DNA from: an uncultured Candidatus Saccharibacteria bacterium
Lineage (GTDB): Bacteria > Patescibacteriota > Dojkabacteria > SC72
Length of the DNA: 64,000 bases
Assembly (NCBI GenBank): GCA_964621555.1
Contig: CAZUOO010000001.1
Location: 1,059-65,058, forward strand
Direction: 5' to 3'
Position numbers and translations under genes: made by a program
Shown here: positions 30,601 to 40,092 of the stretch, piece after piece
Position numbering within the stretch: the stretch's first letter is position 1
How the letters are laid out: the number at the start of each line of letters is the position of its first letter
The notes under the pieces: generated by a model
The model's database searches: none
What the model was told of the DNA's origin: nothing
The model's input: the letters and a program-made list of their open reading frames with translations, nothing else

Positions 30601-30882
30601 CCAGGCAAAAGCTCAAATACTAAGTATAAAACAACAATTAATCCTGGTTGGAACTTTAAAGGAATCACCGGAAAAATTGAACCCGCATCTGCTATCAAGT
30701 ATATTTCGGAGGCAAAGTCTTCAAATTCTCTTAAGAAAATAACTATTACACAATGGGATTCAAAGAAAGGGTTCTTTGAGAGTGTTCAAAGCTTGGATTC
30801 AAATATCTATGGAACAGATTTTACTCTCAAAAACGGCCTAGGATACTTTATATATACAGATAAGGAATTCAGTCTTAAATAG
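27634..30882 (+). CDS. Large (1082 aa) N-terminally anchored surface protein: FN3-like domain, duplicated Cys-rich modules, Gly/Ser linkers and an SLT-like segment
   Basis: There is an N-terminal TM helix. The NLTSTSATITWVTDKKTPG motif is FN3-like. The module CCA..G.N.YFDYEN..C..CG.CFPVG...ND.E.R..CE...AS.G.P occurs twice, near aa 295 and aa 660. The segment NPAMMLNIWVHESAASNY resembles the SLT paralogs. Confidence 0.5.
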   Translation: MKTKKVKRNIQKLLLTIIASILVLTGTFLYFKDLIFVNARDVKISNLTSTSATITWVTDKKTPGMLLMNEGSKFSNSMLDLFTSEKVYDQRDIHTKATRQAIDGKRRYTHYVTIADLKPNDKYTFKISNGIRIWDINDVDQNAEWYSVENMSDFSFNTQDLDNGNFSLPQTLSGDLLDQEASPYSDGIIFVKVYPVKSDGKIDEEKGSQIISSYVDKSGGWILDYSLATSTLESNLNEAYIFAHIENKSDIPGQFEKVAEGNTEVKLFKYDRMQSLKENFIPQFASKVQAAGRSMCCALIVSGRENVYFDYENDSTCDSCGACFPVGKPVAGGTIKEVGEVQVSGSNDSERRNSCESMTRLASEGLPSGSSSGGSGNFAGTCNASLKDSEFELKEIDRERFISYANRLAGDGSQAAECYNYVVCKARQNGINPAMMLNIWVHESAASNYKRFPGVEDMGIHCYGGAGNYPAYPCNQTPKEDIKAQTEMFGLLPHTKCLNGGFDIIKWSTGFWTGNCTDTSYGERYYTDLKLQWSSYGIGSFPNWMKNPSTAKPNLDCDTDGATSPESPTNGSGSGSSSGGSTSNPQPTTPTPTSDTPREMCCAVILEGQNKFMSKLTTAKSCASAFQVGTEVQIGTTTGKVQFGAEINYEKTSQVQPLCCAIKYEGRDNLYFDYENKGACNKCGECFPVGSSNGGAKVLAVGSEPVRGANDAEMRANCEATVRSASAGVPADTPRDSSGANNCNGGVYNIVCENGLPSPDGRKSSSQYGTNTRCINPNDIPKDDGIINVPITKENSTIFSQLATTIHAAEASKVKEVSGSIVKFTEDGIYNIQIGDYKVSNVPINSDARYRFFDDVNGARGFQSDKDKAVSPKDKNGIKAVKIESAYRLELNSGYNFISTNYKREPGSIVVSPNNPNDITSEALLNIGNIDEIRLTYITTYEGGKWVNGVKPREDRKVGIVGNSFIINKNQGYVIVSNSDLKGPLALILPGKSSNTKYKTTINPGWNFKGITGKIEPASAIKYISEAKSSNSLKKITITQWDSKKGFFESVQSLDSNIYGTDFTLKNGLGYFIYTDKEFSLK

Positions 30883-32854
30883 ATTTAAGCTCCTTTAACC
30901 GATCTCTCAACTCTGCGGCTTTCTCAAATTGTAGGTTAGAAGCATAGAAATGCATCTTGCTCTCCAATTCCTTGATAACCCTCTTAATCTCCTTCTCTGG
31001 TGGTTTGGCACTAGCAATCCACTCTTTATAGTTAACTGCTGCAACATCTTCCTCCTTATCAACCAATCTATCCCTAATCCCCTTAATTATTGAAGTTGGT
31101 GTAATGCCGTGCTCGTTATTGTAACTCTCCTGATACTCACGCCTGCGCTTTGTCTCTGAAATGGCAAAAGCCATACTATCTGTAATCTTATCTCCATACA
31201 TAATAACTCTCCCTTCTACGTGCCTTGCAGCTCTCCCAATTGTCTGTACAAGACTAGTACGTGATCTAAGGAACCCTTCCTTATCTGCATCAAGAATAAT
31301 TACGAGAGACACCTCAGGTAGATCAATACCCTCACGCAATAGGTTGATTCCTACCAATACATCATACTCACCAAGTCTAAGGTCTCGCAGTATATCAACT
31401 CTCTCAACAGTATCTACGTCTGAGTGTAGGTACTGAACCTTAATACCTAAATCTTTGATATACGAAGAAAGATCCTCAGCCATACGCTTAGTCAATGTGG
31501 TTATCAAGACTCTCTGACGCTTGGCTATATTATTTCTAACCTCCTCAATCACATTATCAATCTGTTCACCGGTTGGTCGAACCTCAATAATTGGATCAAG
31601 CAATCCAGTAGGGCGGGTTAATAGTTCGGTTATTTCGCTATGTGAATCGTCTATTTCCCACTGATCGGGAGTGGCTGAGAAGTATATTGTACTACCTTGT
31701 TTCTTTCTAAACTCATCGAAGTGAAGGGGGCGATTATCACGAGCGGAAGGTAGGCGGAAGCCATATTCAATTAGGTTATCCTTACGTGCTTTATCTCCAT
31801 TAAACATCCCTCGGACCTGTGGAATAGTTATATGTGATTCATCCACAAAGAGTAGGTAGTCCTCTCCAAAGTAGTCAAGAAGGGTATATGGTGCTTCTCC
31901 TTCCTTACGACCATCGAAATATATAGAGTAGTTTTCCATGCTTTTACAGTATCCAACCTCTTTAATCATTTCCATATCGTATCGTGTCTTTTGGAGTAGC
32001 CTATTTGCCTCGAGCTCCTTCCCTATATTCTTTAAAAAATTGACTCGCATTTCCAAATCTTTCTCAATCTTCTTGAGCGCAACTTCGATCACACTATTTT
32101 CATATACTAGGGAGGTTGCAGGAAAGATCTCAACACTGTCGACATCCTTAACTCTATGCGTGGTAATTGGTTCAATGTATGAAATTCGTTCGACCACATT
32201 ACCAAAGAACTCTAATCGTACAGGATAGTCATCATATGGAAGGAATACATCAACCACATCCCCCTTAATTCTAAATGTACCTGAAACAAAATCCTCTCCA
32301 TTTCTCTCATATCTCATAAATACGAGCTCACCTGCTAGTTTAGAAAGCTCAAATGTATCACCAACCTTTATTGTCAGTGCTTTATTCTCATAGTTTTGAG
32401 GATTACCTATGTTATATATGCACGATACCGAAGCCACAATAATTGTATCTTTCCTTGTAACTGCGGCATTCATTGCAGAGAACCTCATTCTCTCAATCTG
32501 CTGGTTAACCTCTGACTCCTTCTCTATATATAGATCACGGTTTGGGATGTATGCCTCTGGTTGATAGTAGTCGTAGTATGATACAAAGTATTTAACAGCG
32601 TTATTAGGAAAGAACTCTTTAAACTCCTCATATAATTGAGCTGCAAGCGTTTTATTATGCGAGAGTATTAATGCAGGCCTATTTAACTCACTAATTATAT
32701 TTGCCATTGCGAATGTTTTTCCTGAACCTGTCACCCCAAGTAGCACCTGCCTCTCCTTTCCTTCTTCAACATTCTTCACAAGTTTCTCAACCGCTTTCTG
32801 TTGATCTAGTGACTTGGCATAATTAGATTGTAGGTTGAATTTCAGATTCTTCAT
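30875..32854 (-). CDS. uvrB: Excinuclease ABC subunit B
   Basis: Walker A GVTGSGKTFAMANII, a helicase core and a C-terminal UVR motif; 659 aa. Confidence 0.95.
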   Translation of the reverse strand: MKNLKFNLQSNYAKSLDQQKAVEKLVKNVEEGKERQVLLGVTGSGKTFAMANIISELNRPALILSHNKTLAAQLYEEFKEFFPNNAVKYFVSYYDYYQPEAYIPNRDLYIEKESEVNQQIERMRFSAMNAAVTRKDTIIVASVSCIYNIGNPQNYENKALTIKVGDTFELSKLAGELVFMRYERNGEDFVSGTFRIKGDVVDVFLPYDDYPVRLEFFGNVVERISYIEPITTHRVKDVDSVEIFPATSLVYENSVIEVALKKIEKDLEMRVNFLKNIGKELEANRLLQKTRYDMEMIKEVGYCKSMENYSIYFDGRKEGEAPYTLLDYFGEDYLLFVDESHITIPQVRGMFNGDKARKDNLIEYGFRLPSARDNRPLHFDEFRKKQGSTIYFSATPDQWEIDDSHSEITELLTRPTGLLDPIIEVRPTGEQIDNVIEEVRNNIAKRQRVLITTLTKRMAEDLSSYIKDLGIKVQYLHSDVDTVERVDILRDLRLGEYDVLVGINLLREGIDLPEVSLVIILDADKEGFLRSRTSLVQTIGRAARHVEGRVIMYGDKITDSMAFAISETKRRREYQESYNNEHGITPTSIIKGIRDRLVDKEEDVAAVNYKEWIASAKPPEKEIKRVIKELESKMHFYASNLQFEKAAELRDRLKELKSI

Positions 32855-32914
32855 GCCTACAATTATATACTAAATGAGAGTAATATATAGAGTATAATTT
32901 AATAAATAATAACA

Positions 32915-33337
32915 ATGGAAAGTGATAAATGTATTTTCTGCAAAATCATAAAAGGGGACATCTCATCGTTTAAAGTATATGAAGATGAGAAATATATGGC
33001 TTTCCTTGACCTTGCTCACTTCACAGAAGGTCATGCACTTTTGATACCTAAGAATCATTCCCCATTTATTTGGGAAACAGATGATATAGGTGAGCTATAC
33101 AGTACAGCGAAGAAAATCGCGGATCACTATAGAAATGTATTAGGATATAAATATGTAGACACAGCTACGTTTGGAAGAGATGTTCCACATACACATATTC
33201 ACCTTGTTCCTCATAATGGTGAGGGTAGTGATTGGGAGAGCTCTCTTAGGGCCATAGGTGAGATTCAAAAGGATAGGAGTAGATGGTTAAGTAAGGGGGA
33301 GGGAGAGAAGGTTGCTATGAAGTTTCAAGTAAAATAG
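32915..33337 (+). CDS. HIT-family (histidine triad) hydrolase
   Basis: Histidine triad HTHIHLVPH. Confidence 0.8.
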   Translation: MESDKCIFCKIIKGDISSFKVYEDEKYMAFLDLAHFTEGHALLIPKNHSPFIWETDDIGELYSTAKKIADHYRNVLGYKYVDTATFGRDVPHTHIHLVPHNGEGSDWESSLRAIGEIQKDRSRWLSKGEGEKVAMKFQVK

Positions 33338-33764
33338 ATTCTAAGTGCTGGTGTGCAATATATTTTGGATTGAGTGTATTTGTCATACCATTTGCTATGT
33401 TAACTTCAGTTGGAATTTCACTTATTCCGATATATTCTTTAAGTGCTTGAATTCCCCTAACAATTATATAAAGCACATCTTCCGTGATATCAGGACGATT
33501 GTAACTTCCAAGCCCTATAATACTAAATACACTTTGATTTGAGTCACCAATACTTATCTGAACTGAATTGAGTTTACCTTCCTCTGTAGATAAATGTAGC
33601 CAATGGAAGGACCCGCCTGATTCAAGTCCAAATTGAATCCCTTGATCAGCAAACTCTTGGGTACTGTTTAATGCATTACAAATAGAATCAGAATGGAATC
33701 CAATCTTCAAATTGATTTCTAGGGATAAGTCACCACCCATTACAAAATGTGTTAAAATAAACAA
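33315..33764 (-). CDS. Hypothetical protein
   Basis: 149-aa ORF with no recognisable motif, lying between the HIT gene and mutL. Confidence 0.3.
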   Translation of the reverse strand: MFILTHFVMGGDLSLEINLKIGFHSDSICNALNSTQEFADQGIQFGLESGGSFHWLHLSTEEGKLNSVQISIGDSNQSVFSIIGLGSYNRPDITEDVLYIIVRGIQALKEYIGISEIPTEVNIANGMTNTLNPKYIAHQHLESILLETS

Positions 33765-33765
33765 T

Positions 33766-35595
33766 ATGAATACAGTTCAAAAACTACCACAAGAATTAAT
33801 AAACCAGATAGCTGCAGGAGAGGTTATAGAACGCCCATCCTCAATTGTCAAGGAACTAGTAGACAATGCCATAGATGCTAAAGCAACTGTAATAAAGATT
33901 AGAATTGAAGAAGGTGGTTTAAAACTAGTTGAGATATCTGACAACGGTATAGGCATAAGGAAGGATGACCTATCGAAGGTATTTGATGCACACACTACCA
34001 GTAAGATAGAGAAGCTTGAAGACCTAAATCATGTACTAACCATGGGATTTAGGGGAGAAGCCCTCTCAACCATAGTTGCAATCTCAAATGTAAAAGCAAT
34101 TTCCAAACATAGTGATGATGATTATGGATATGAAATATCGTTTGATGGCATTACCCCTCTCCCTGTAACTAAATCTGCTAAAGAACAAGGTACAACTATA
34201 ACTGTTGCTAATATCTTCCATAATGTACCTGCTAGAAGGAAGTTCCTTAAAACACCAGAAACAGAGTATAGAAAAATACTAGAGATACTATATCCGTTCT
34301 TTCTTCAGTATAATCAAATCCACTTCATCCTACATAAGGATGGGAAAGAGGTTTTAAACCTACCAGCATCAGGAACAGACATTGACAGTATCAATCTAGA
34401 TAGAGCAATGAAGGTACTAAAAGCTGATTACATATCTAGAATGTTTAAGTTCACCTCCCAAGGAGCAGGAATGACGATATTTGGATATAGTGGTCATCCA
34501 AAAGACAATTTTGAAAAGGTTAAAGACCAGTACATATTCGTGAATAGAAGACCTATATGGGATTTTGGAATTGCTAAGGCTGTTAAATCCGCATACTCAA
34601 GATTCATCCCCCATACTCAAAAAGTGCCCTTCATAATATCCATAGAAATAGATAGTTCATTAATTGATGTAAACGTGCACCCAAGGAAAGAAGAGATTAG
34701 ATTTGAAAACCCATACAGAGTATATTCTACCGTTGAGAGTGCAATTATGCATGCGTTAGAGAACCTCGTTAGAACTGAAAATACTCCTTCCGAACCAAAC
34801 TCATTTGACACCTCATACAATACTAATGAAGGACTCTCAGATCGTGGAACCAAATCATATATGGGTGCAAGTATGTTTGGAGCAAGTGGAGCAGGTTCCA
34901 ACACTAGAGATATTAGGTTCAATAAACCACAGAAAGAGTATACGATTCAACAAAGCTTAGAGTTCTCCAAAGAGGTACTAGAACAATCAACTTCAGAAAT
35001 TAAGCCATCAAGCTATGTTGATGTAAACAAGGTATTTCAAATATTTAATAAATACATTGTAATCGATAATAATGATGAATTGATTATGATTGATCAACAT
35101 GCGGCGGCAGAAAGAATAAACTTTGAGAAGCTTGAAGATAGTATTGAGAATAAAAATATGGATATACAAAACCTCCTAATACCAACAGAAATAGATATGT
35201 CCGACGTAGAAATATCATACATTAACGAGAACCTATCATTCTTTGAAAGCCTTGGATTTAAAATATTGGTGAAGGAAAATACAATTGATGTAACCGCTAT
35301 CCCATCAATATTTGCAGGTGAGGATATACAGAAGTTACTTAGATCAATATTTGATATTAGCGAAGAACAGAGAGATATAAAAAAATCATTTGAAAATGCT
35401 AAACAAAATATACTAGCTACCCTTGCATGCCATGGAAGTATAAGAAAGGGACAAAGCTTAACCCCATATGAAGGTATGAGACTATATCAAGACCTTCTAA
35501 AGTGTAAAAATACATACAGTTGTCCTCATGGGCGTCCTATTATTTGGAAACAAAAGCTCACCGATATAGATACTAACTTCTACAGAACATACTAA
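33766..35595 (+). CDS. mutL: DNA mismatch repair protein MutL
   Basis: GHKL ATPase N-terminus LPQELINQIAAGEVIERPSSIVKELVDNAIDA and a dimerisation C-terminus. The start is trimmed to MNTVQKLP from the longer track ORF. Confidence 0.9.
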   Translation: MNTVQKLPQELINQIAAGEVIERPSSIVKELVDNAIDAKATVIKIRIEEGGLKLVEISDNGIGIRKDDLSKVFDAHTTSKIEKLEDLNHVLTMGFRGEALSTIVAISNVKAISKHSDDDYGYEISFDGITPLPVTKSAKEQGTTITVANIFHNVPARRKFLKTPETEYRKILEILYPFFLQYNQIHFILHKDGKEVLNLPASGTDIDSINLDRAMKVLKADYISRMFKFTSQGAGMTIFGYSGHPKDNFEKVKDQYIFVNRRPIWDFGIAKAVKSAYSRFIPHTQKVPFIISIEIDSSLIDVNVHPRKEEIRFENPYRVYSTVESAIMHALENLVRTENTPSEPNSFDTSYNTNEGLSDRGTKSYMGASMFGASGAGSNTRDIRFNKPQKEYTIQQSLEFSKEVLEQSTSEIKPSSYVDVNKVFQIFNKYIVIDNNDELIMIDQHAAAERINFEKLEDSIENKNMDIQNLLIPTEIDMSDVEISYINENLSFFESLGFKILVKENTIDVTAIPSIFAGEDIQKLLRSIFDISEEQRDIKKSFENAKQNILATLACHGSIRKGQSLTPYEGMRLYQDLLKCKNTYSCPHGRPIIWKQKLTDIDTNFYRTY

Positions 35596-35596
35596 T

Positions 35597-36301
35597 ATGG
35601 AAAAGGGTACCCTATATCTCATTCCAACCTCTCTCTCAGGTAAGCCATTAACTGATATATACCCAGAGTCAATACTAGATATCCTCCGTACACTAGATCA
35701 TATTGTAGTGGAAACACCTAAAATAGGTCGATCTTTTCTGAAAGGATTAAACCCTAATAGGCAAACATCATCATTAACCTTCTATGAACTAAATGAAAAC
35801 AACAGGAATAGTATATCAGATGTAATAACTACGCTTCTAAATGGTCATTCGGTCGGAGTTATGAGTGACGCAGGATACCCAGCGATTGGTGATATGGGAG
35901 CAGATTTAGTAATGAAAGCCCATATATCCGAAATTAATGTAATTACATTCCATGGTCCATCCTCGATACTACAGTCTCTAGCGTCCTCTGGACTCGGTGG
36001 GCAGAACTTTAAGTTCAATGGATATCTTCCTAAAGACCAAGAAGATAGAAGGAGAAAGATATTAGCGATAGAGCGCAGGTCTTCACAAGAAAACCAAACT
36101 GAAATATTTATAGAAACACCATACAGAGCACAGTATATATTCGAGGATATTCTTTCAATCTGTAAGCCCACCTCAATGCTTTCTATGGGAATTAATATAG
36201 AGATGGCTGATCAGAAATATATTACGAAAACAATCCGAGAGTTTAGAAATATGAAACTGAATTTAAATAAACAGCAGGTTGTGTTTATATTAAAGGCTTA
36301 A
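35597..36301 (+). CDS. rsmI: 16S rRNA 2'-O-ribose C1402 methyltransferase RsmI-like (tetrapyrrole-methylase fold)
   Basis: N-terminus GTLYLIPTSL (compare LYLVPTPIGN) and FHGPSSILQSLASSGL...FKFNGYLPKDQEDRRRKI match the RsmI layout. Confidence 0.65.
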   Translation: MEKGTLYLIPTSLSGKPLTDIYPESILDILRTLDHIVVETPKIGRSFLKGLNPNRQTSSLTFYELNENNRNSISDVITTLLNGHSVGVMSDAGYPAIGDMGADLVMKAHISEINVITFHGPSSILQSLASSGLGGQNFKFNGYLPKDQEDRRRKILAIERRSSQENQTEIFIETPYRAQYIFEDILSICKPTSMLSMGINIEMADQKYITKTIREFRNMKLNLNKQQVVFILKA

Positions 36302-36349
36302 AACGTACAGATATTGCTTTCTATATGGGAATATCATATCCTTTTCTAT

Positions 36350-37024
36350 ATGATAAAAGCAGAGAGCCTAGGTAAAACATATAGAATGAATAAAAACGTA
36401 AGTGTACACGCACTACAGGAAGTATCATTTGAAATCCCAGATAGTAGTACTGTGGCAGTCATCGGCCCATCTGGCTCGGGCAAATCTACGTTGCTTAACA
36501 TTCTAGGAGGTTTAGATACCGCATATGACGGTAATTTGTTAGTTGATGATAAAGATATAAGAGACTACAATACAAACCAATATCGTAGAAATGTAGTAGG
36601 TACGATATTTCAGCAATTCAACCTAGTATCATCACTTACAGTAACTGAAAATATCCTATTACCTATCTCATTTGGTAAACAGCTTGATTCATTTGATTTA
36701 AATAATAGATTAGAATATCTCCTAGATCGCCTAGGACTTAAAGATAGGGCCAAGCATAATCCCACAGAACTCTCAGGAGGTCAGTCACAAAGAGTTGCAA
36801 TTGCACGTGCTTTAATTGCTAAACCAAAGATTATACTTGCTGATGAGCCAACAGGTAATCTCGACTCCAAAACCGGGTCTGAAATTGTAGATTTGCTATT
36901 TGATTTGAATAAGGAAGAGGGTACCACTCTAGTAATCGTAACCCATGACCCTGAACTATTCATGAATGTTGATAAAAGAATACATCTACGTGACGGTAAT
37001 ATTATCAAAGAAGAAAATGTTTAA
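36350..37024 (+). CDS. ABC transporter ATP-binding protein (MacB/LolD/FtsE-like)
   Basis: Walker A GPSGSGKST, signature LSGGQSQRVAIARAL and Walker B ILADEPTG. Confidence 0.85.
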   Translation: MIKAESLGKTYRMNKNVSVHALQEVSFEIPDSSTVAVIGPSGSGKSTLLNILGGLDTAYDGNLLVDDKDIRDYNTNQYRRNVVGTIFQQFNLVSSLTVTENILLPISFGKQLDSFDLNNRLEYLLDRLGLKDRAKHNPTELSGGQSQRVAIARALIAKPKIILADEPTGNLDSKTGSEIVDLLFDLNKEEGTTLVIVTHDPELFMNVDKRIHLRDGNIIKEENV

Positions 37025-38297
37025 ATACGCATTAAGCCTAGTGCTTAGAAGAAAACTTAGAACCTTTCTAACTAGCCTTGGAATTACGATCGCGGTATTT
37101 CTAATCAGCTTTATAATATTTGGAATGCAGGATCTACAGACTCTTCTGGTAGATCAGTTTAATACTATCCTTAAACCTAACCAAGTCATCGTAACTAAGG
37201 AAGGACAGCTTAATATGTTTACAGGGGTAGGGGATGCTACATACGATCAAGAAGAGAAAAAGAAAGTGATAATGGATTCTGAGGTGATTGCTGACCTTGA
37301 AAACCTTGATTATGTAAAAGAGGTCTCCAAGCTAACTGTACTAACGGGAATGCAAATGACGCTTGAGAATAAGAAAGTCCCGTACCCTCAAGCATTCATG
37401 TCTGGATGGGACGTAAGGTCTAACAACCCATACTTTAAAGACTTTACAGGTGATGTAGTTGATACCCAGAAGGGGAGTATTTGGGTTTCAACAAGTCTCG
37501 TTAAATTCTACAAGGAGAGTGTAACTTCGATAATAGGTAAAACAATAACCCTAGAGCCTTCCCCTGACTCAATACTCTCTAATCGTTCGAAAAGTATAAT
37601 TGGAAAGAAGTTTGACTATAAAATATCTGGTGTCTTCGATCCAGGGCAGGATAAAAATGACGCGGTATTAAATATAGATGACAGTATCTCACTACTAAGT
37701 AGTCTAGGTGGGTTCGAGTCTAATTCAGAGTACATTAAGGAGATTGGATACGACAATCTATACGTAACAACAGAGAATGATAAAGTTTTAGATTTTAAAG
37801 AGTACGTAACCGAAAAGTATGGCTACGAAACATTTACAGCGGATGATGTAATTTCAATACTCGGTAGTATTACACAAGGCTTAACTATAGCATTAGTAAT
37901 GTTTGGACTTGTTTCAGCACTTGTAGCAGGTATTGGAATTATTAATACAATGATTATGAGTATCTATGAGCAAACCAAGGAGATAGGTATAATTAAAGCA
38001 ATCGGAGCTTCCAATAGTCAGGTACTAACAATCTTCCTAATACAATCTGGATTCATTGGATTATTTGGGGGTGTACTAGGTCTCTTTCTAATATATATAA
38101 CTATGAAGCTAACAGACTCAGTAATCGTAGATCAACTTAATAATGCAGGATTTAGCAGTACAACATTCTTTAACTTTGATATAACTATTGCATTAATAAT
38201 TACCCTATTGAGTATTCTAGTAGGGGTATTTGCAGGTATATATCCTGCAATTAGGGCTGCTAAACTAGACCCTATCAAAGCATTAAGGTATGAGTAG
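37017..38297 (+). CDS. ABC transporter permease, FtsX/MacB-like
   Basis: N-terminal TM helix, a large periplasmic domain and a C-terminal FtsX-like 3-TM bundle. Its start overlaps the ATPase gene stop by 8 nt. Confidence 0.75.
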   Translation: MFKYALSLVLRRKLRTFLTSLGITIAVFLISFIIFGMQDLQTLLVDQFNTILKPNQVIVTKEGQLNMFTGVGDATYDQEEKKKVIMDSEVIADLENLDYVKEVSKLTVLTGMQMTLENKKVPYPQAFMSGWDVRSNNPYFKDFTGDVVDTQKGSIWVSTSLVKFYKESVTSIIGKTITLEPSPDSILSNRSKSIIGKKFDYKISGVFDPGQDKNDAVLNIDDSISLLSSLGGFESNSEYIKEIGYDNLYVTTENDKVLDFKEYVTEKYGYETFTADDVISILGSITQGLTIALVMFGLVSALVAGIGIINTMIMSIYEQTKEIGIIKAIGASNSQVLTIFLIQSGFIGLFGGVLGLFLIYITMKLTDSVIVDQLNNAGFSSTTFFNFDITIALIITLLSILVGVFAGIYPAIRAAKLDPIKALRYE

Positions 38298-38305
38298 CTA
38301 GTAAG

Positions 38306-39454
38306 CTATATTTCCAAACTATGAAGTTGATTAAGCGTTTTTTCACTTAACTCTATCCTATTACCTGTAATCCCCTCAATAAATAGGTCAATATGTCTTC
38401 TACCCAACCTTTCTCCCTTTAATGCAAATGCGACCTTATCAATCATTTTTCGTAAGAAATATACATTCATTTTCTCCTCCAACCCATCAGGCTTGTATCC
38501 AAGCTCTGCCACATACCCTTCTATCATAGCCTCCCTCTTGGGAAAAGCCGATTTCCATGTCGGAGCAGTACCAAGCTCATTAATTGGATCAAACATTGCT
38601 GCATTCTCCCAGTCAAAGAAACAAAGAAAGTTACTATTCTCATAACACATATTAAGATCAGAGGGGTCATTATGAATTAAAGAGGCTATACTATCTGCAA
38701 AAAGACTTTTAACATTATCTGACTTGAAAAATCCCATCAGTTGAAACAGTTCATCAGCAGTAATTAGTTCGAATAATTTAATAACTTCTAGATCATGTTC
38801 CAAAAATGCTGTGAGGAAATCATTATGAGTACCATATACACCATATAACCCACTCTCATCCTTTCGTATCCTTCCCCAACCTCTTCCCTTATACTCCGTC
38901 ATCCTTGCAATATACTTACCTTGTTGAATACAAATCTTCTCATAATCGGATTGTGTGCCCTCCCATTGTGAACCTAAATTACGCCCCGGCAACCTTTTCA
39001 TAATTTGATAATCAAATGGGAATACCTTTCTACTAGAATCAGCATAGATCAACTCATTAACGGGGATACCTAAATCAATATAAATTTTCAGAAAATCAAA
39101 CTCCAGATCCATATACGTTTCTGGGTAGGGAAGTGATGCATTTGCCCTAACCACGACTTCACCATTTCTCGCTGTCTCTATAAATGCAATTACATGCCCA
39201 GTACCTAGAAGATCCGAAACACTGGAGTTAACAACTGTATCTGCAAGTCCATGTTGAATAATTGCAGGAAGGTATGAAGAGTCGAACATTTGCACCCTAT
39301 GTTGCAAGTCCTTAACCAACGCTTTAGGCCTATGTACATTGAAATAGTTTACAAAATCTGGACTGAATCCCTCTCCAAAATACTTATTATCTAACTCTTG
39401 CAGCTGACTTTCATAACTACTATATGATATCTTTTTGGTCATACTCATAAACAA
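38306..39454 (-). CDS. Second APH/kinase-like phosphotransferase family protein
   Basis: Motif HNDPSDLNMCYE...FFDWENA (HxDxxxxN...DWE). Confidence 0.5.
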   Translation of the reverse strand: MFMSMTKKISYSSYESQLQELDNKYFGEGFSPDFVNYFNVHRPKALVKDLQHRVQMFDSSYLPAIIQHGLADTVVNSSVSDLLGTGHVIAFIETARNGEVVVRANASLPYPETYMDLEFDFLKIYIDLGIPVNELIYADSSRKVFPFDYQIMKRLPGRNLGSQWEGTQSDYEKICIQQGKYIARMTEYKGRGWGRIRKDESGLYGVYGTHNDFLTAFLEHDLEVIKLFELITADELFQLMGFFKSDNVKSLFADSIASLIHNDPSDLNMCYENSNFLCFFDWENAAMFDPINELGTAPTWKSAFPKREAMIEGYVAELGYKPDGLEEKMNVYFLRKMIDKVAFALKGERLGRRHIDLFIEGITGNRIELSEKTLNQLHSLEI

Positions 39455-39463
39455 TTATACCAC

Positions 39464-40060
39464 CTAGGCTTTGATCCTCTCTAATACATTATCCCAATTA
39501 ACTACATTCCACCACTTCTCTAAATATGCACCTCGGTCATTCATATAATCAAGATAGTATGCATGTTCCCAAACATCATTAACGAGCACAGGTGTAAAGG
39601 AAGTGATACCCAAGAGATTATGATTTTGAACTTGGGATACCAATAAATTACCACTACCATCTTTAAACAGTATTACCCATCCAGAAGCTTCTACAGCCTT
39701 TCCTGCGTCCATAAACTCCTTTTTGAATGAATCTACAGAACCGAAGTTGGCGATTAACATATCCTCAAGCTCTTGTGGAATGGGATTCTCTTGGGAATAT
39801 GCTCTCATATTACTCCAAAATATCTCATGAAGAAGATGACCGTTTAAGTGGAAGCTCAAATCTCTCATCACTGCTTTAATGTTAATTCCCTTCTCTCCTT
39901 TCCTACCTTTCTCCAAGAGTTCCAATGCAATGTTAGCACCATCAACATATGACTTATGGTGCTTATCGTGATGTAGCATCATAATCTCCTTAGAAATGAC
40001 AGGCTCTAGGGCATCATAATCGTACGATAATGGGGGAAGTGTATATCTAATACCTTGCAT
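39464..40060 (-). CDS. sodA: Fe/Mn superoxide dismutase
   Basis: LPPLSYDYDALEP, HHDKHH and DVWEHAYYLDY signatures. Confidence 0.95.
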   Translation of the reverse strand: MQGIRYTLPPLSYDYDALEPVISKEIMMLHHDKHHKSYVDGANIALELLEKGRKGEKGINIKAVMRDLSFHLNGHLLHEIFWSNMRAYSQENPIPQELEDMLIANFGSVDSFKKEFMDAGKAVEASGWVILFKDGSGNLLVSQVQNHNLLGITSFTPVLVNDVWEHAYYLDYMNDRGAYLEKWWNVVNWDNVLERIKA

Positions 40061-40092
40061 AATTACAACAAATAAATTTAGATAGAAACCAA

